The position numbers and the translations under genes were made by a program. The notes under the pieces are model-generated. The model did no database searches and had not been told where the DNA came from. It worked only from the letters and a program-made list of their open reading frames with translations. From Bifidobacterium breve (GTDB lineage: Bacteria; Actinomycetota; Actinomycetes; Nanopelagicales; Nanopelagicaceae), in NCBI GenBank assembly GCA_945885625.1, contig CAMCYS010000005.1, forward strand, positions 3,410-67,409: 64,000 nt of DNA. Direction: 5' to 3'. Position 1 is the first letter of the stretch. Each line of letters begins with the position of its first letter. This document shows positions 22,205 through 31,426 of the stretch, piece after piece.

Positions 22205-22960
22205 ATGCAATTAGATAGCAACCAATGGAACTTGGTCTATAACGTATTCTCGTTTGGACTAATTTCAATGCTCGCTTGCACGGTTTACACACTAGTTTCT
22301 CAGCAACGTGTTCTACCTAAGTACCGCAACGCTCTCGTTATGTCATCAATGGTTACATTCATTGCTGGCTACCACTACCTACGCATCTTTGATTCATTCA
22401 AGCATGCATCAGAAAATGGAATGGTCAAGCTTGATCAATCTCAAGATGCATTCAATGAGGCATACCGTTATGTTGACTGGCTACTTACTGTGCCACTACT
22501 TCTAGTAGAGGTAATTGCTGTACTTGCTCTAACTCGCGAAGTTTCTCGCTCACTAATCACGCGTCTAGTCCCAGCTTCAGCTGCGATGATCGCTCTTGGT
22601 TACCCAGGTGAAATTTCAGATGTTCAGAACACCCAAGTTCTATACGGTGTTCTATCAACAATTCCATTCCTATACATCCTCTACATACTATTCGTAGAGC
22701 TTGGTAAGTCATTGGAACGCCAGCCAGCTGGTGTTGCAGAGACTGTAGGCCGTTTGCGTCTACTTCTTATCGCAACATGGGGCGTATACCCAATCGCTTA
22801 CATCTTCAACATCGTTGGTGACGCTTCAGCATCATCATTCGTAACCGTTCAAGTTGGTTACACAATCGCTGACGTTCTAGCTAAGTGCGTATTCGGTCTA
22901 ACAATTTTGAAGATCGCACGCATGAAGTCAATGGCAGAAGGAATGAAGGAAGATCACTAA
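22205..22960 (+). CDS. actR: Actinorhodopsin (xanthorhodopsin-clade proton pump)
   Basis: 7 TM segments; helix C RYVDWLLTVPLLLVE (DTE motif), GYHY His, helix G DVLAK retinal lysine. Confidence 0.95.
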   Translation: MQLDSNQWNLVYNVFSFGLISMLACTVYTLVSQQRVLPKYRNALVMSSMVTFIAGYHYLRIFDSFKHASENGMVKLDQSQDAFNEAYRYVDWLLTVPLLLVEVIAVLALTREVSRSLITRLVPASAAMIALGYPGEISDVQNTQVLYGVLSTIPFLYILYILFVELGKSLERQPAGVAETVGRLRLLLIATWGVYPIAYIFNIVGDASASSFVTVQVGYTIADVLAKCVFGLTILKIARMKSMAEGMKEDH

Positions 22961-22985
22961 GTTATAAAAGCAAGATAAACCTTGC

Positions 22986-23022
22986 AGGAGGGAAGGCGGG
23001 AAACCGTCTTCCCTCCTTTTTA
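22986..23022 (+). terminator. Strong intrinsic terminator of the rhodopsin gene
   Basis: AGGAGGGAAGGCGG-GAAA-CCGTCTTCCCTCCT followed by TTTTT. Confidence 0.9.
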
Positions 23023-23080
23023 TATAGCTAAGTTTTTGTAACAGAGATTATTTCTATAGATAGAGCAACTAGAATAAGAT

Positions 23081-23350
23081 TTGGAATCGATTGAAAGGAA
23101 TACCAAAAAAATTATTAATAACTATCGCATGTGGGCCTACGCCCTAATAGCTACTGGTTCGATTAACTGGAGCTATCAACGAAATGAGCCAAACGTGCTT
23201 ACCAATAGCGCATTAGTGATTGTTCCTGGGCTGGTGCTTTTTGCGATCACCTTTAACAAAACCCTTGCAGCTAAGTTAAATTCTAAAGCGGCGATGGCTT
23301 TCTGGGGTACTGTGGGCGGAATAGCTTTAATTTACGCTTTTATTAACTAA
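23081..23350 (+). CDS. Small hypothetical membrane protein (about 3 TM)
   Basis: 89-aa ORF with TTG start and three hydrophobic segments; fills the gap between actR and crtYd. Confidence 0.55.
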   Translation: MESIERNTKKIINNYRMWAYALIATGSINWSYQRNEPNVLTNSALVIVPGLVLFAITFNKTLAAKLNSKAAMAFWGTVGGIALIYAFIN

Positions 23351-23651
23351 CCTTTTTATTAAGGCGATCCTTGAAAAATTCCCAAGCTGAAATCGTCAAC
23401 AGAATCATAGAAAAACCAAATAGCAGATCTTCAATTGGCGCACCAGCTAGCCGCTGACCAATAATTTCGGTATCAGAGTACATAACTATCTTCTTTGAAG
23501 TCAGCCACCAATTAGTAAGTAATTGAAATGGCAAAATCAGAAGGTAAGTCAACCAGAAAATTCCTCTGGTCATCATTCTGGATTTAAGTAGAAACAGGTC
23601 GAGCACTACTGCTACACATACTGCGCTAAGTGCGACGTCAGAGTAGATCAT
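23343..23651 (-). CDS. crtYd: Heterodimeric lycopene cyclase subunit
   Basis: Hydrophobic, about 100 aa, GAPIEDLLFG motif; overlaps its partner gene. Confidence 0.8.
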   Translation of the reverse strand: MIYSDVALSAVCVAVVLDLFLLKSRMMTRGIFWLTYLLILPFQLLTNWWLTSKKIVMYSDTEIIGQRLAGAPIEDLLFGFSMILLTISAWEFFKDRLNKKVS

Positions 23652-23983
23652 TTGATCTCCTCTTTCTCTTTACCCCAACCAGATAATTTGGTTAGTGCTA
23701 AGTAAGTCAGCACGGTCATAAGGGGAACGATTATGAAAAAGAGAAATTCTTCAATTGGCAGCTTGCCTAAGAGCATGATTCCTAAGATCTGATCTGGGTC
23801 AAAGAACCAACTTCCTTTACTGATTGCCCAAAAATCCCAAATCAAATAAAGAACGAGAATAAGTGAGTCGGTCAAGAGGAACAATTTCAATCTTTTGGAA
23901 AACTGCAATCGAAATCCAAAATTAACGCCAACAGCGCAGGTCGCAATGAAAATCAGAACATATGAATAATGCAGATTCTCCAC
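23648..23983 (-). CDS. crtYc: Heterodimeric lycopene cyclase subunit
   Basis: WD..AI..GSW.F, KLPIEEFLFF motif. Confidence 0.8.
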   Translation of the reverse strand: MENLHYSYVLIFIATCAVGVNFGFRLQFSKRLKLFLLTDSLILVLYLIWDFWAISKGSWFFDPDQILGIMLLGKLPIEEFLFFIIVPLMTVLTYLALTKLSGWGKEKEEIK

Positions 23984-24029
23984 GCCTTATCCTCTCGCAA
24001 TCCAGCAAAATTGCGCCTAATCTATAGCC

Positions 24030-25001
24030 ATGAGCCAGACTCTTTTTAGAATTTATCAAGGGGCTGGCCAATTTTCTAGAGTAGCGGCCGCAATAGCTGT
24101 TTTGCTCTTTGCCGGTCTCCAGATTGCAAACATTGAGATCTCAATAAGTGCTCAAGTTGTACTTGCCGTTATCGCACTTGCTATTGGGATTCCACATGGG
24201 GCAATCGATCATCTGATTACTATCCCCCGTGACTCGACCCGAAGATTTACGGCATTTATAGCTATCTATACCTTAATTGCCATCATCGCCGCATTGGCTA
24301 TTGCGCAATGGAACCTAATTGGCTTCCAACTTGTAGTACTTATGAGTGCCCTTCACTTTGGCTTTGGAGATTCGGCCTACGCCAATGAAAGCCGAGCGGC
24401 GGCTGAAAAGAGTGGTTACTCGAACTTTGTTCTGGCTAGCTATGCGATTCCGGCGGGTTTCTTGCCGGTTGTCCTGCCGCTAACTGATAAACGAACCCTT
24501 GATGTGCTCCAGGAACTTAACCCAACTTTAATTAATTGGGCTGGTACTTTTACTGAGTTGCTTAGAAATTCAACTCTTACCATTGCGTTACTTGCTATTT
24601 TGCTATTGATCACAACCAGGAACAATTTACTTGCACTTGATTTAGTTTTACTGCTGGCTCTCTCATTCTTGGCCCCGCCATTGGTTGCTTTTGCGGTTTA
24701 TTTCGGCTTTTGGCATGCCATTCGACATACCGCTCGATTAGTGCCTAAATTACCGAGTGCTCTGCAAAAAGTTTCAACTGGTAATCCGCTCGCTAGTTTT
24801 TTCGCGGCTGTCGTACCTGGTCTTTATGCAATTTTAGGAATATTCATTTTGGGTATTTTCTTTGTTGCCAGAGGCACCACTAATCTCTCCAGTGATTTTC
24901 TCTGGGTAATTTTGGTAATTATCTGGGCCCTGACAGTTCCGCATATGGCAACTACGGCAAAATTTGATCTTCGCGCTTTTAAGAGCTCGCTTCGTCCATA
25001 A
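24030..25001 (+). CDS. blh: Beta-carotene 15,15'-dioxygenase (Brp/Blh family)
   Basis: GIPHGAIDH, SALHFG, YFGFWHAIRH and LTVPHM iron-binding His motifs; next to rhodopsin and crtY. Confidence 0.88.
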   Translation: MSQTLFRIYQGAGQFSRVAAAIAVLLFAGLQIANIEISISAQVVLAVIALAIGIPHGAIDHLITIPRDSTRRFTAFIAIYTLIAIIAALAIAQWNLIGFQLVVLMSALHFGFGDSAYANESRAAAEKSGYSNFVLASYAIPAGFLPVVLPLTDKRTLDVLQELNPTLINWAGTFTELLRNSTLTIALLAILLLITTRNNLLALDLVLLLALSFLAPPLVAFAVYFGFWHAIRHTARLVPKLPSALQKVSTGNPLASFFAAVVPGLYAILGIFILGIFFVARGTTNLSSDFLWVILVIIWALTVPHMATTAKFDLRAFKSSLRP

Positions 25002-25542
25002 GCGCTTCAACTAACGTTTCTTGTAACCAGCCCAGCCAGGTGTAAACCGCGTAAACAGCTCGCATTGGGTCATCTGGTGCCAGTAACTCAAGATCTTCGG
25101 GTGAATTTTGCTCAACTTTAAGTCGCACACCTAAGGCCAGTCGCACATCGTTGAGGCCACCTAACCAAGCTTGGGCGTTATCAAAATCAAGAACCACATC
25201 GCCATCGGTTGCACTTAGCAAAAGCATGCGAACCGACATGGCATGAGCGCGCTTTTTTTCGCGCAGTGTGCTTTCGGTATAGCGTCTAAATTCAGCCGCA
25301 TCTACCCCATCTTGATATGCATTTGGTAATAGGCGCAGTAAAACTTCATCATCGGGCGGTGAATCGTGAGTTGTGATACCGACCATGGCGGCGAGTGGAT
25401 CTTGACTTGCATGGTCATGTCGTTCGGCTAATATCTCAATAATTTGCTGAACTAAATTAACCAATACCTCGCGTTCGGTTTCGGCAAAGTTAGCGATGTA
25501 GGCATCACTTCCGTGACGGAGAAAACCTTCAGTAGGCGTCAT
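24979..25542 (-). CDS. DUF2017-family protein
   Basis: DEVLLRLLPNAY..AAEFRRYTE..AWLGGLNDVRLALG..WLGWLQE; downstream of clpS as in Mycobacterium/Streptomyces. Confidence 0.8.
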   Translation of the reverse strand: MTPTEGFLRHGSDAYIANFAETEREVLVNLVQQIIEILAERHDHASQDPLAAMVGITTHDSPPDDEVLLRLLPNAYQDGVDAAEFRRYTESTLREKKRAHAMSVRMLLLSATDGDVVLDFDNAQAWLGGLNDVRLALGVRLKVEQNSPEDLELLAPDDPMRAVYAVYTWLGWLQETLVEALMDEASS

Positions 25543-25853
25543 TAAATTTGATCTTCGCGTGCGAGTGTGGCCCAGAGCCCGTATTCATGAAGGCGTTGCA
25601 CGTATCTTTCCATTTCTTCACGGGCACCTTTGGCAACAATCGATTTACCTTCATTATGAACTTGCAACATTAGCTCAGTTGCTTTCTCTTTTGAGAAACC
25701 AAAAACTGTCATAAATACATAAGTTACATAGGTCATTAAGTTAATTGGGTCGTCCCAAACTACAACTACCCAAGGTCGATCAGAGCTAAAAATCGCACTG
25801 ATCTCGGCCGCTGTTTCTTCAGTAACAGTTGGCTGCGGTTTTAACTTACCCAT
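25542..25853 (-). CDS. clpS: ATP-dependent Clp protease adaptor
   Basis: VVVWDDPINLMTYV..FG...LMLQVHNEGKS...LHEYGLWAT. Confidence 0.92.
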   Translation of the reverse strand: MGKLKPQPTVTEETAAEISAIFSSDRPWVVVVWDDPINLMTYVTYVFMTVFGFSKEKATELMLQVHNEGKSIVAKGAREEMERYVQRLHEYGLWATLAREDQI

Positions 25854-25895
25854 GGCCCAATCATTTCACCTGGCAAGGTAATCCAGTGCATTGCT

Positions 25896-27737
25896 CTACC
25901 TAACTAGGACGACAAAAGGAGGAGAGGTCGATTCTGTCGAATCAGCGCTATCAAATACCAGTATTTGATAGGTATAAACGCCACGAATTAGCTCGGTTTG
26001 GCTTAGTTCAGTGCCTATCGCTAACAGTGGCGCTAAGACGACAGTTTTCCAAACCTTGCCATCAAAGCGCTGGAGCGCTACTTGCGTGCTCGCTGTTGTC
26101 GGCAACGCAGAGACGATTACCTTAAATGCGGTGCCTGCTTTTGCTGATGTTGGTGCTGTGATGCTAAGTCTTGGGTTTACCGTAATTGAAATTTCAGTGC
26201 TTAATCCTGCACCGCGATCCCAACTGCCTTCACTTGTTATACGCAGTTTTCCAGATTTAGCTAAGTAAATTGATGTTGTGAATGAGCCGGTTTCGGTGGT
26301 GATGGGTTTTCCAATTTGGCGCCAAGTACTTTCATCAAAGCCCTTGAATTCTAAGGTCACCGGAAATTCAGGCAGAACTGTCTTATCTTTTGAAGTTGCT
26401 AGACCAGTGAGATTTACCAGTGAGCCATATTTAATCGCCAACTGATCACTAGATAGTGATAGCAGAACCGCATCAGGTGCAATTGTTAAAGCAGTGGCCC
26501 GAATTCCATCGGTAGCGCTCTGCTCTTCCATACCAATCGTCCACTCAGCCAAGCCACCTATCCGATACTTTGCCACCAATTGCGCACGAGCTAAATAACT
26601 AGCTGGGTTTTGATACCAAGCGGTGCGAGTTGCGGTGCATGATGTTGCTTGGCCGCTGGCATTGTTACCGTTATAAGTTTTCTGATAAGTAAATGTGGCT
26701 TCTTGATATTGCTCGTTATATGTAGGTGTAACGCCATATGCTGATGCCAAAGTTGTCGCATTTCGCATTACGAAAGTTGCTGCTTTAGCACTGGTTGATA
26801 CAACTTTTGCGACATTCGCAGGGCAGATGCCATCTACCTTAGTAACCCAATCTCGACCATAGCCAGCTAAGCCGATATAAACTTTCGATGCTGGCATTAC
26901 TGAAATCGCATATTTAAGCGTGCGTTCGACCCAAGCAATTGGGCCGATTGGCCCAGGTTTACCAGTTGAATAGTCATAAGTCATGATTCGTAGGCGATTG
27001 ATGTATTGCGCAATTTCGGCCCAGGCATAGACGGTGTAGCCCTTTTGTCTCTCGGTAAGTGAGAAATGCACTGGGGCAGTAACTGAAAGGATTTTGCCTT
27101 TCGCCCGTAGCGCTTCGCTTAACTCTTTTACCAAAAGCACCCAATTTGGTTTAGTAGCTGGCCAAGATGCGGTGCCATCGACAAAAGCAAAGCCTTCGAA
27201 ATCTAAATCAATGCCATCAAAGTTCTTACTCATGACTAAATCCATTATTACCTTTATGACATCTGCTCTATCGCTACTTTTTTCTAGCAGCTTCGCAAGG
27301 ACTAGTTTTTCGGTGCCATCAGTAATGGTTGGAATTATTTTAAAACCGGCGTTACGCATCTTTGTCAGCGGAATATCAATTGCAACGCTGGGATTTCCAG
27401 GTGTATATAGATCCAAAATATATGGTTTTTTACTTTTGTTATTTAATTTTAAGGTGTACCAAAATGGCATAACTTCATTGATCAGATCGGCGTTGGCTAC
27501 GGCAGTTGGCAGCGAGGTGCTCATTCCGTAATAAGGAATCCAGCCAGTTAAGATCTTGCGTGGGCTCCCTAAATTAGTAGTCTCAGCGTTTGCGCTTGGC
27601 ACTAGTTGAACGGCCAGGGCCAAAGTGAGAATTAGGGCCAGCGCTCTGGAAACTGCGCGAGGGAATAATTGCGACGTTACGGAAGCGCAAAGTGAACGGC
27701 GAGTGAACGCCATTAGATTGCGCTGGTTTTTCATCAT
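25896..27737 (-). CDS. Secreted GH18 glycoside hydrolase (chitinase-like) with C-terminal beta-rich domains
   Basis: Signal-like N-terminus, intact DGIDLDFE (DxxDxDxE), IMTYDY, GGLAEW. Confidence 0.8.
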   Translation of the reverse strand: MMKNQRNLMAFTRRSLCASVTSQLFPRAVSRALALILTLALAVQLVPSANAETTNLGSPRKILTGWIPYYGMSTSLPTAVANADLINEVMPFWYTLKLNNKSKKPYILDLYTPGNPSVAIDIPLTKMRNAGFKIIPTITDGTEKLVLAKLLEKSSDRADVIKVIMDLVMSKNFDGIDLDFEGFAFVDGTASWPATKPNWVLLVKELSEALRAKGKILSVTAPVHFSLTERQKGYTVYAWAEIAQYINRLRIMTYDYSTGKPGPIGPIAWVERTLKYAISVMPASKVYIGLAGYGRDWVTKVDGICPANVAKVVSTSAKAATFVMRNATTLASAYGVTPTYNEQYQEATFTYQKTYNGNNASGQATSCTATRTAWYQNPASYLARAQLVAKYRIGGLAEWTIGMEEQSATDGIRATALTIAPDAVLLSLSSDQLAIKYGSLVNLTGLATSKDKTVLPEFPVTLEFKGFDESTWRQIGKPITTETGSFTTSIYLAKSGKLRITSEGSWDRGAGLSTEISITVNPRLSITAPTSAKAGTAFKVIVSALPTTASTQVALQRFDGKVWKTVVLAPLLAIGTELSQTELIRGVYTYQILVFDSADSTESTSPPFVVLVR

Positions 27738-27839
27738 AAGTCTTGTTCTCAGTTAGGGTTTAGCGTTAGCGTTTCAGATACAGTTCAGATCTTAACGAAA
27801 TATCGCAAATACCACCTGTAATGAGAGTGAGAAACCCTG

Positions 27840-28493
27840 ATGATGAAGAAATTAGCGGTCGAATTCTTCGGAACTTATCTATTGGTTATTGCAGCAACTG
27901 GCGTGATCATCTCTCAAGATGTGCCCTTTATTGGAATTGCCGCTTCGCCAGCTATTGCGGTGATGATTATGATTTTAGTTCTCGGACATTTCTCAGATGT
28001 ACACTTAAATCCGGCAGTATCACTAGCATTTTTTATTCTAAAGAAAATTTCCTTAAAGACATTTATTGCTTACGTAGGTTGGCAAGTTGTGGGCGGCGCA
28101 TTTGGTGCATTTACACTCCAGGCGATTTATACCCAGAAGGTTGCGGCAGAAGTTAAAAACGGCATTCCAGCGCTATCACCTCAAGCGACCTATTTAACTG
28201 GTTTCGCTCTTGAGTTCATCATGACCGCTATCTTGGTATTGGTAATTCTCTTAATGACGCAAGATAAAGCAAATAGGAACTCAGCTTCGGCACCGGTCGC
28301 AATTGCACTGACAATTTTTGTGCTCATCTTGATAGCCGGACCAATCGAAGGTACTGGAATCAACCCAGCTCGTTGGTTTGGCCCCGCAATTGCCGGTGGG
28401 TATTGGGATAACTGGACTATCTACGTAATCGGGCCACTTCTTGGCGGCGCACTAGGTGCATTTACTTTCCGTGCTCTAGCCGTTCACAAATAG
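27840..28493 (+). CDS. Aquaporin (MIP family)
   Basis: Two NPA motifs (HLNPAV, INPARW), 6 TM segments. Confidence 0.92.
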   Translation: MMKKLAVEFFGTYLLVIAATGVIISQDVPFIGIAASPAIAVMIMILVLGHFSDVHLNPAVSLAFFILKKISLKTFIAYVGWQVVGGAFGAFTLQAIYTQKVAAEVKNGIPALSPQATYLTGFALEFIMTAILVLVILLMTQDKANRNSASAPVAIALTIFVLILIAGPIEGTGINPARWFGPAIAGGYWDNWTIYVIGPLLGGALGAFTFRALAVHK

Positions 28494-28553
28494 AACGCAA
28501 CTCAGGTACTCTAGAAAAAACTTTCAGATTAAAACGTTCAGATTAGTGAAGAA

Positions 28554-28841
28554 TTATTTATTTTCAGGTGCTGGCCGCAGCCCGGCATGAATCTCTTTGC
28601 AAGTTGGGCAGATTGGATATTTCTCTGGATCGCGTGAAGGTATCCACTTCTTTCCGCAAAGCGCTTTAACTGCCTTGCCGGTAACTGCAGATTCAACAAT
28701 CTTCTCTTTCTTTACATAGTGCGAGAAGCGATCGTGGCCACCATCATCTTCTTCTAACTCTGGGCGAGTGAGTAAATCACCATCAATTTGTGCATCTTTG
28801 CCAGGGCGCGAGAAGAATCCCATTCGTTCTATCATGGTCAA
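28554..28841 (-). CDS. DUF3039-family small Cys-containing protein
   Basis: RFSHYVKKEKI.ESAV.G..V.ALCGKKW.P..DP.KYP.CP.CKEI. Confidence 0.8.
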   Translation of the reverse strand: MTMIERMGFFSRPGKDAQIDGDLLTRPELEEDDGGHDRFSHYVKKEKIVESAVTGKAVKALCGKKWIPSRDPEKYPICPTCKEIHAGLRPAPENK

Positions 28842-28924
28842 ATCTTACCCTGCTCAATAATTCGGCTAACTAAGGGGGTTTTAAGGGCAATCCGCGGATA
28901 GATATCTGCGGGTAGAATCTCCTA

Positions 28925-29863
28925 ATGAAAGACCTGTTGCGCACTGCTGATTTGAGTCGAGCCGATGTTGAGCTGCTGCTAACTACCGCTGCCGACTTTG
29001 CCGCGAACCCATTGCGTTCAAATACTGCGTTGGCAAATAAGGGCGTGGCTATTTATATGACTAAGCCATCAACACGTACTCGCTTAGCATCAGAGACAGC
29101 GGTTGCCCACTTGGGTGGAACTCCAATTTTTATTCGTGGCGATGAGCTGCAATTAGGACGCGGCGAGACAATTGCTGACACTGCGCGAATTATTAGTGGT
29201 TATTGCGATGCGCTGATCATTCGCACCTTCGCCCAATCTGATGTTGATGAACTAGGTGCCAACGCAACAGTTCCAGTAATTAATGGATTAACCGATGATG
29301 ATCACCCAACCCAATTACTGGCAGACTGGGTAACGATTCGCGAAAACTTTGGTGCAGATATTGCTAGTCGTAAATTTGTTTATCTTGGCGACGGAAACAA
29401 TATGGCACATGCTTGGTTGACGATGGGTGCCATCATGGGCGCTCACGTAGTTGCTGCGACACCAGCCGGAGCTTGGGTACCTGATGCAACAGTTGTTGCG
29501 CAAGCAAAAGCAATTGCTGCCACGACAGGTGCCACTATTGAAGTCACTAACGATCCTGAAACTGCCGCCAAAGATGCCAGCGTGTTATATACCGATGTCT
29601 GGATGTCGATGGGTGACCCTGAGGCTGAGCGAATTGAAAAAACTAAAGCACTTTCACCTTTTAAAGTCTCGCAGCAACTTATGGATCTGACTGCGAAAGA
29701 TTCTATTTTCATGCATTGCCTGCCGGCGCATCGCGAAGAAGAGGTTTCGACTTCCGTTATTGATGGCCCTAAATCTGTAATTTGGCGGCAGGCTTTCCAT
29801 CGCCGCACCACAATTCAGGCGCTGCTGTATCACTTAACTCGTGGCGAGCTGCAGGGGCGCTAG
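28925..29863 (+). CDS. argF: Ornithine carbamoyltransferase
   Basis: STRT, HPTQ, GDGNN, TDVWMSMG, HCLP. Confidence 0.85.
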   Translation: MKDLLRTADLSRADVELLLTTAADFAANPLRSNTALANKGVAIYMTKPSTRTRLASETAVAHLGGTPIFIRGDELQLGRGETIADTARIISGYCDALIIRTFAQSDVDELGANATVPVINGLTDDDHPTQLLADWVTIRENFGADIASRKFVYLGDGNNMAHAWLTMGAIMGAHVVAATPAGAWVPDATVVAQAKAIAATTGATIEVTNDPETAAKDASVLYTDVWMSMGDPEAERIEKTKALSPFKVSQQLMDLTAKDSIFMHCLPAHREEEVSTSVIDGPKSVIWRQAFHRRTTIQALLYHLTRGELQGR

Positions 29864-29998
29864 TTCGACTTGTTCGTTCCAAGAAGTGAGATATTTGAGG
29901 CTTAATAGAGGGTTAATTGAGGCGAAACTCATTAGATATAGCGGGTCAGAACTCAGCTTTCTCGCGACATACTCATAGGTAAGCGGTAGTTTTCACCC

Positions 29999-31126
29999 AT
30001 GTTAATTGCCGTTCCTAAGGAAATTCGTGAGGGCGAAAAGCGCGTAGCGCTCGTGCCCGATGTCATCAATAAATTAACTCGCCTTGGTCTCAATGTAGTT
30101 ATTGAGTCGGGTGCTGGGCTACATTCGCAAGCAAGTGATGCTGAATTCGTAGCGGCTGGTGCCAAGGTTGAAAGTGGTGATGTACTAAAGAACGCCGATG
30201 TAGTTCTCTCGGTTCAGCCACTGACTCCCGCACAAATGGCAACTTTGAAAAAAGGCGCCGTAACTATTTCATTTCTCTCAGTTGTAACCGCCGCAGATTC
30301 AATTGACGCCGCAGCAAGTGCTGGCGTAACTGCCTTTTCACTCGAACTAGTGCCACGTATTTCGCGCGCACAGTCAATGGATGCGCTAACTTCACAAGCG
30401 CTCTGTGCCGGCTACCGTGCCGCAATTGTTGGCGCTGAACTTTCACCACGCTTCTTCCCGTTGTTAATGACAGCTGCGGGCACCGTTACACCCGCGCAAG
30501 TTCTTGTACTTGGTGCTGGCGTTGCCGGCTTACAAGCTATTGCTACAACTCGTCGACTTGGCGCAGTTGTTTCGGCATATGACGTACGCCCATCTTCTGC
30601 TGATGAAGTTAAATCAATGGGTGCAACTTTTATTGAACTTGAATTGGAGTCACTCGCAGGTGCTGGCGGTTATGCGCGCGAGATGACTGAAGAACGTGCA
30701 GCTAAGCAACGTGAATTATTAACGCCATACATTGCTAAATCACATGTACTTATTACTACCGCAGCGGTTCCTGGTCGGACTGCGCCACGATTAGTAACTG
30801 CCGAAATGGTTAACTCAATGGCACCAGGCACTGTAATTGTTGATTTAGCTGCTGAAACCGGCGGCAATGTGGAAGGTTCTAAACCTGGCGAAATTGTGAC
30901 CACCGCAAATGGCGTTCACATCTGGGGCGGCAAGGATGTGCCTAGCCAGCTGCCATTCCACGCTTCTAGCCTCTATTCGCGCAACGTAGTTAATCTCTTA
31001 ACGCTCTTAACCGTGCCACCAGCCGAGGGTACGCAAGCAGCGCTAAACCTTAACTTTGAAGATGAAATCATCGATGGCTCCGCCGTCACTCATGCTGGAT
31101 CTCGACGTGGTGGAGGGGCTAAGTAA
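29999..31126 (+). CDS. pntA: NAD(P) transhydrogenase alpha subunit, domain I
   Basis: PRISRAQSMDALTSQA, LGAGVAGLQA, IVDLAAETGGN. Confidence 0.93.
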   Translation: MLIAVPKEIREGEKRVALVPDVINKLTRLGLNVVIESGAGLHSQASDAEFVAAGAKVESGDVLKNADVVLSVQPLTPAQMATLKKGAVTISFLSVVTAADSIDAAASAGVTAFSLELVPRISRAQSMDALTSQALCAGYRAAIVGAELSPRFFPLLMTAAGTVTPAQVLVLGAGVAGLQAIATTRRLGAVVSAYDVRPSSADEVKSMGATFIELELESLAGAGGYAREMTEERAAKQRELLTPYIAKSHVLITTAAVPGRTAPRLVTAEMVNSMAPGTVIVDLAAETGGNVEGSKPGEIVTTANGVHIWGGKDVPSQLPFHASSLYSRNVVNLLTLLTVPPAEGTQAALNLNFEDEIIDGSAVTHAGSRRGGGAK

Positions 31127-31426
31127 ATGGAACCGATTGCAATCATCTCGATTTTCGTACTAGCGGTATTCGTTGGTTTTGAAGTCGTATCTAAAGTTTC
31201 TTCAACGCTACATACTCCACTGATGTCAGGCGCTAACGCGATTCACGGTGTGATTCTTGTGGGCGCAATCATCGTTACCTCTCATAGCGAAACTAATCTG
31301 GAACTTGGACTTTCAGTTGCTGCGATTATCTTGGCGACTATAAATATGATCGGTGGCTTTGTTGTGACCGACCGAATGCTCGAAATGTTTAAAGGCAAGA
31401 AGAGCGAAAAGAAGGAGGCTAAATAA
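31127..31426 (+). CDS. pntA: NAD(P) transhydrogenase alpha subunit, membrane part
   Basis: LHTPLMSGANAIHG, NMIGGFVVTDRML.MF; split alpha subunit. Confidence 0.92.
   Translation: MEPIAIISIFVLAVFVGFEVVSKVSSTLHTPLMSGANAIHGVILVGAIIVTSHSETNLELGLSVAAIILATINMIGGFVVTDRMLEMFKGKKSEKKEAK

Noticed and set aside
28925-29863. Alternative transcarbamylase specificity suggested by QAFHR instead of QAENR
   Set aside because: Ornithine-binding DGNN, SMG and HCLP motifs are intact, so ordinary OTCase is the simplest call.
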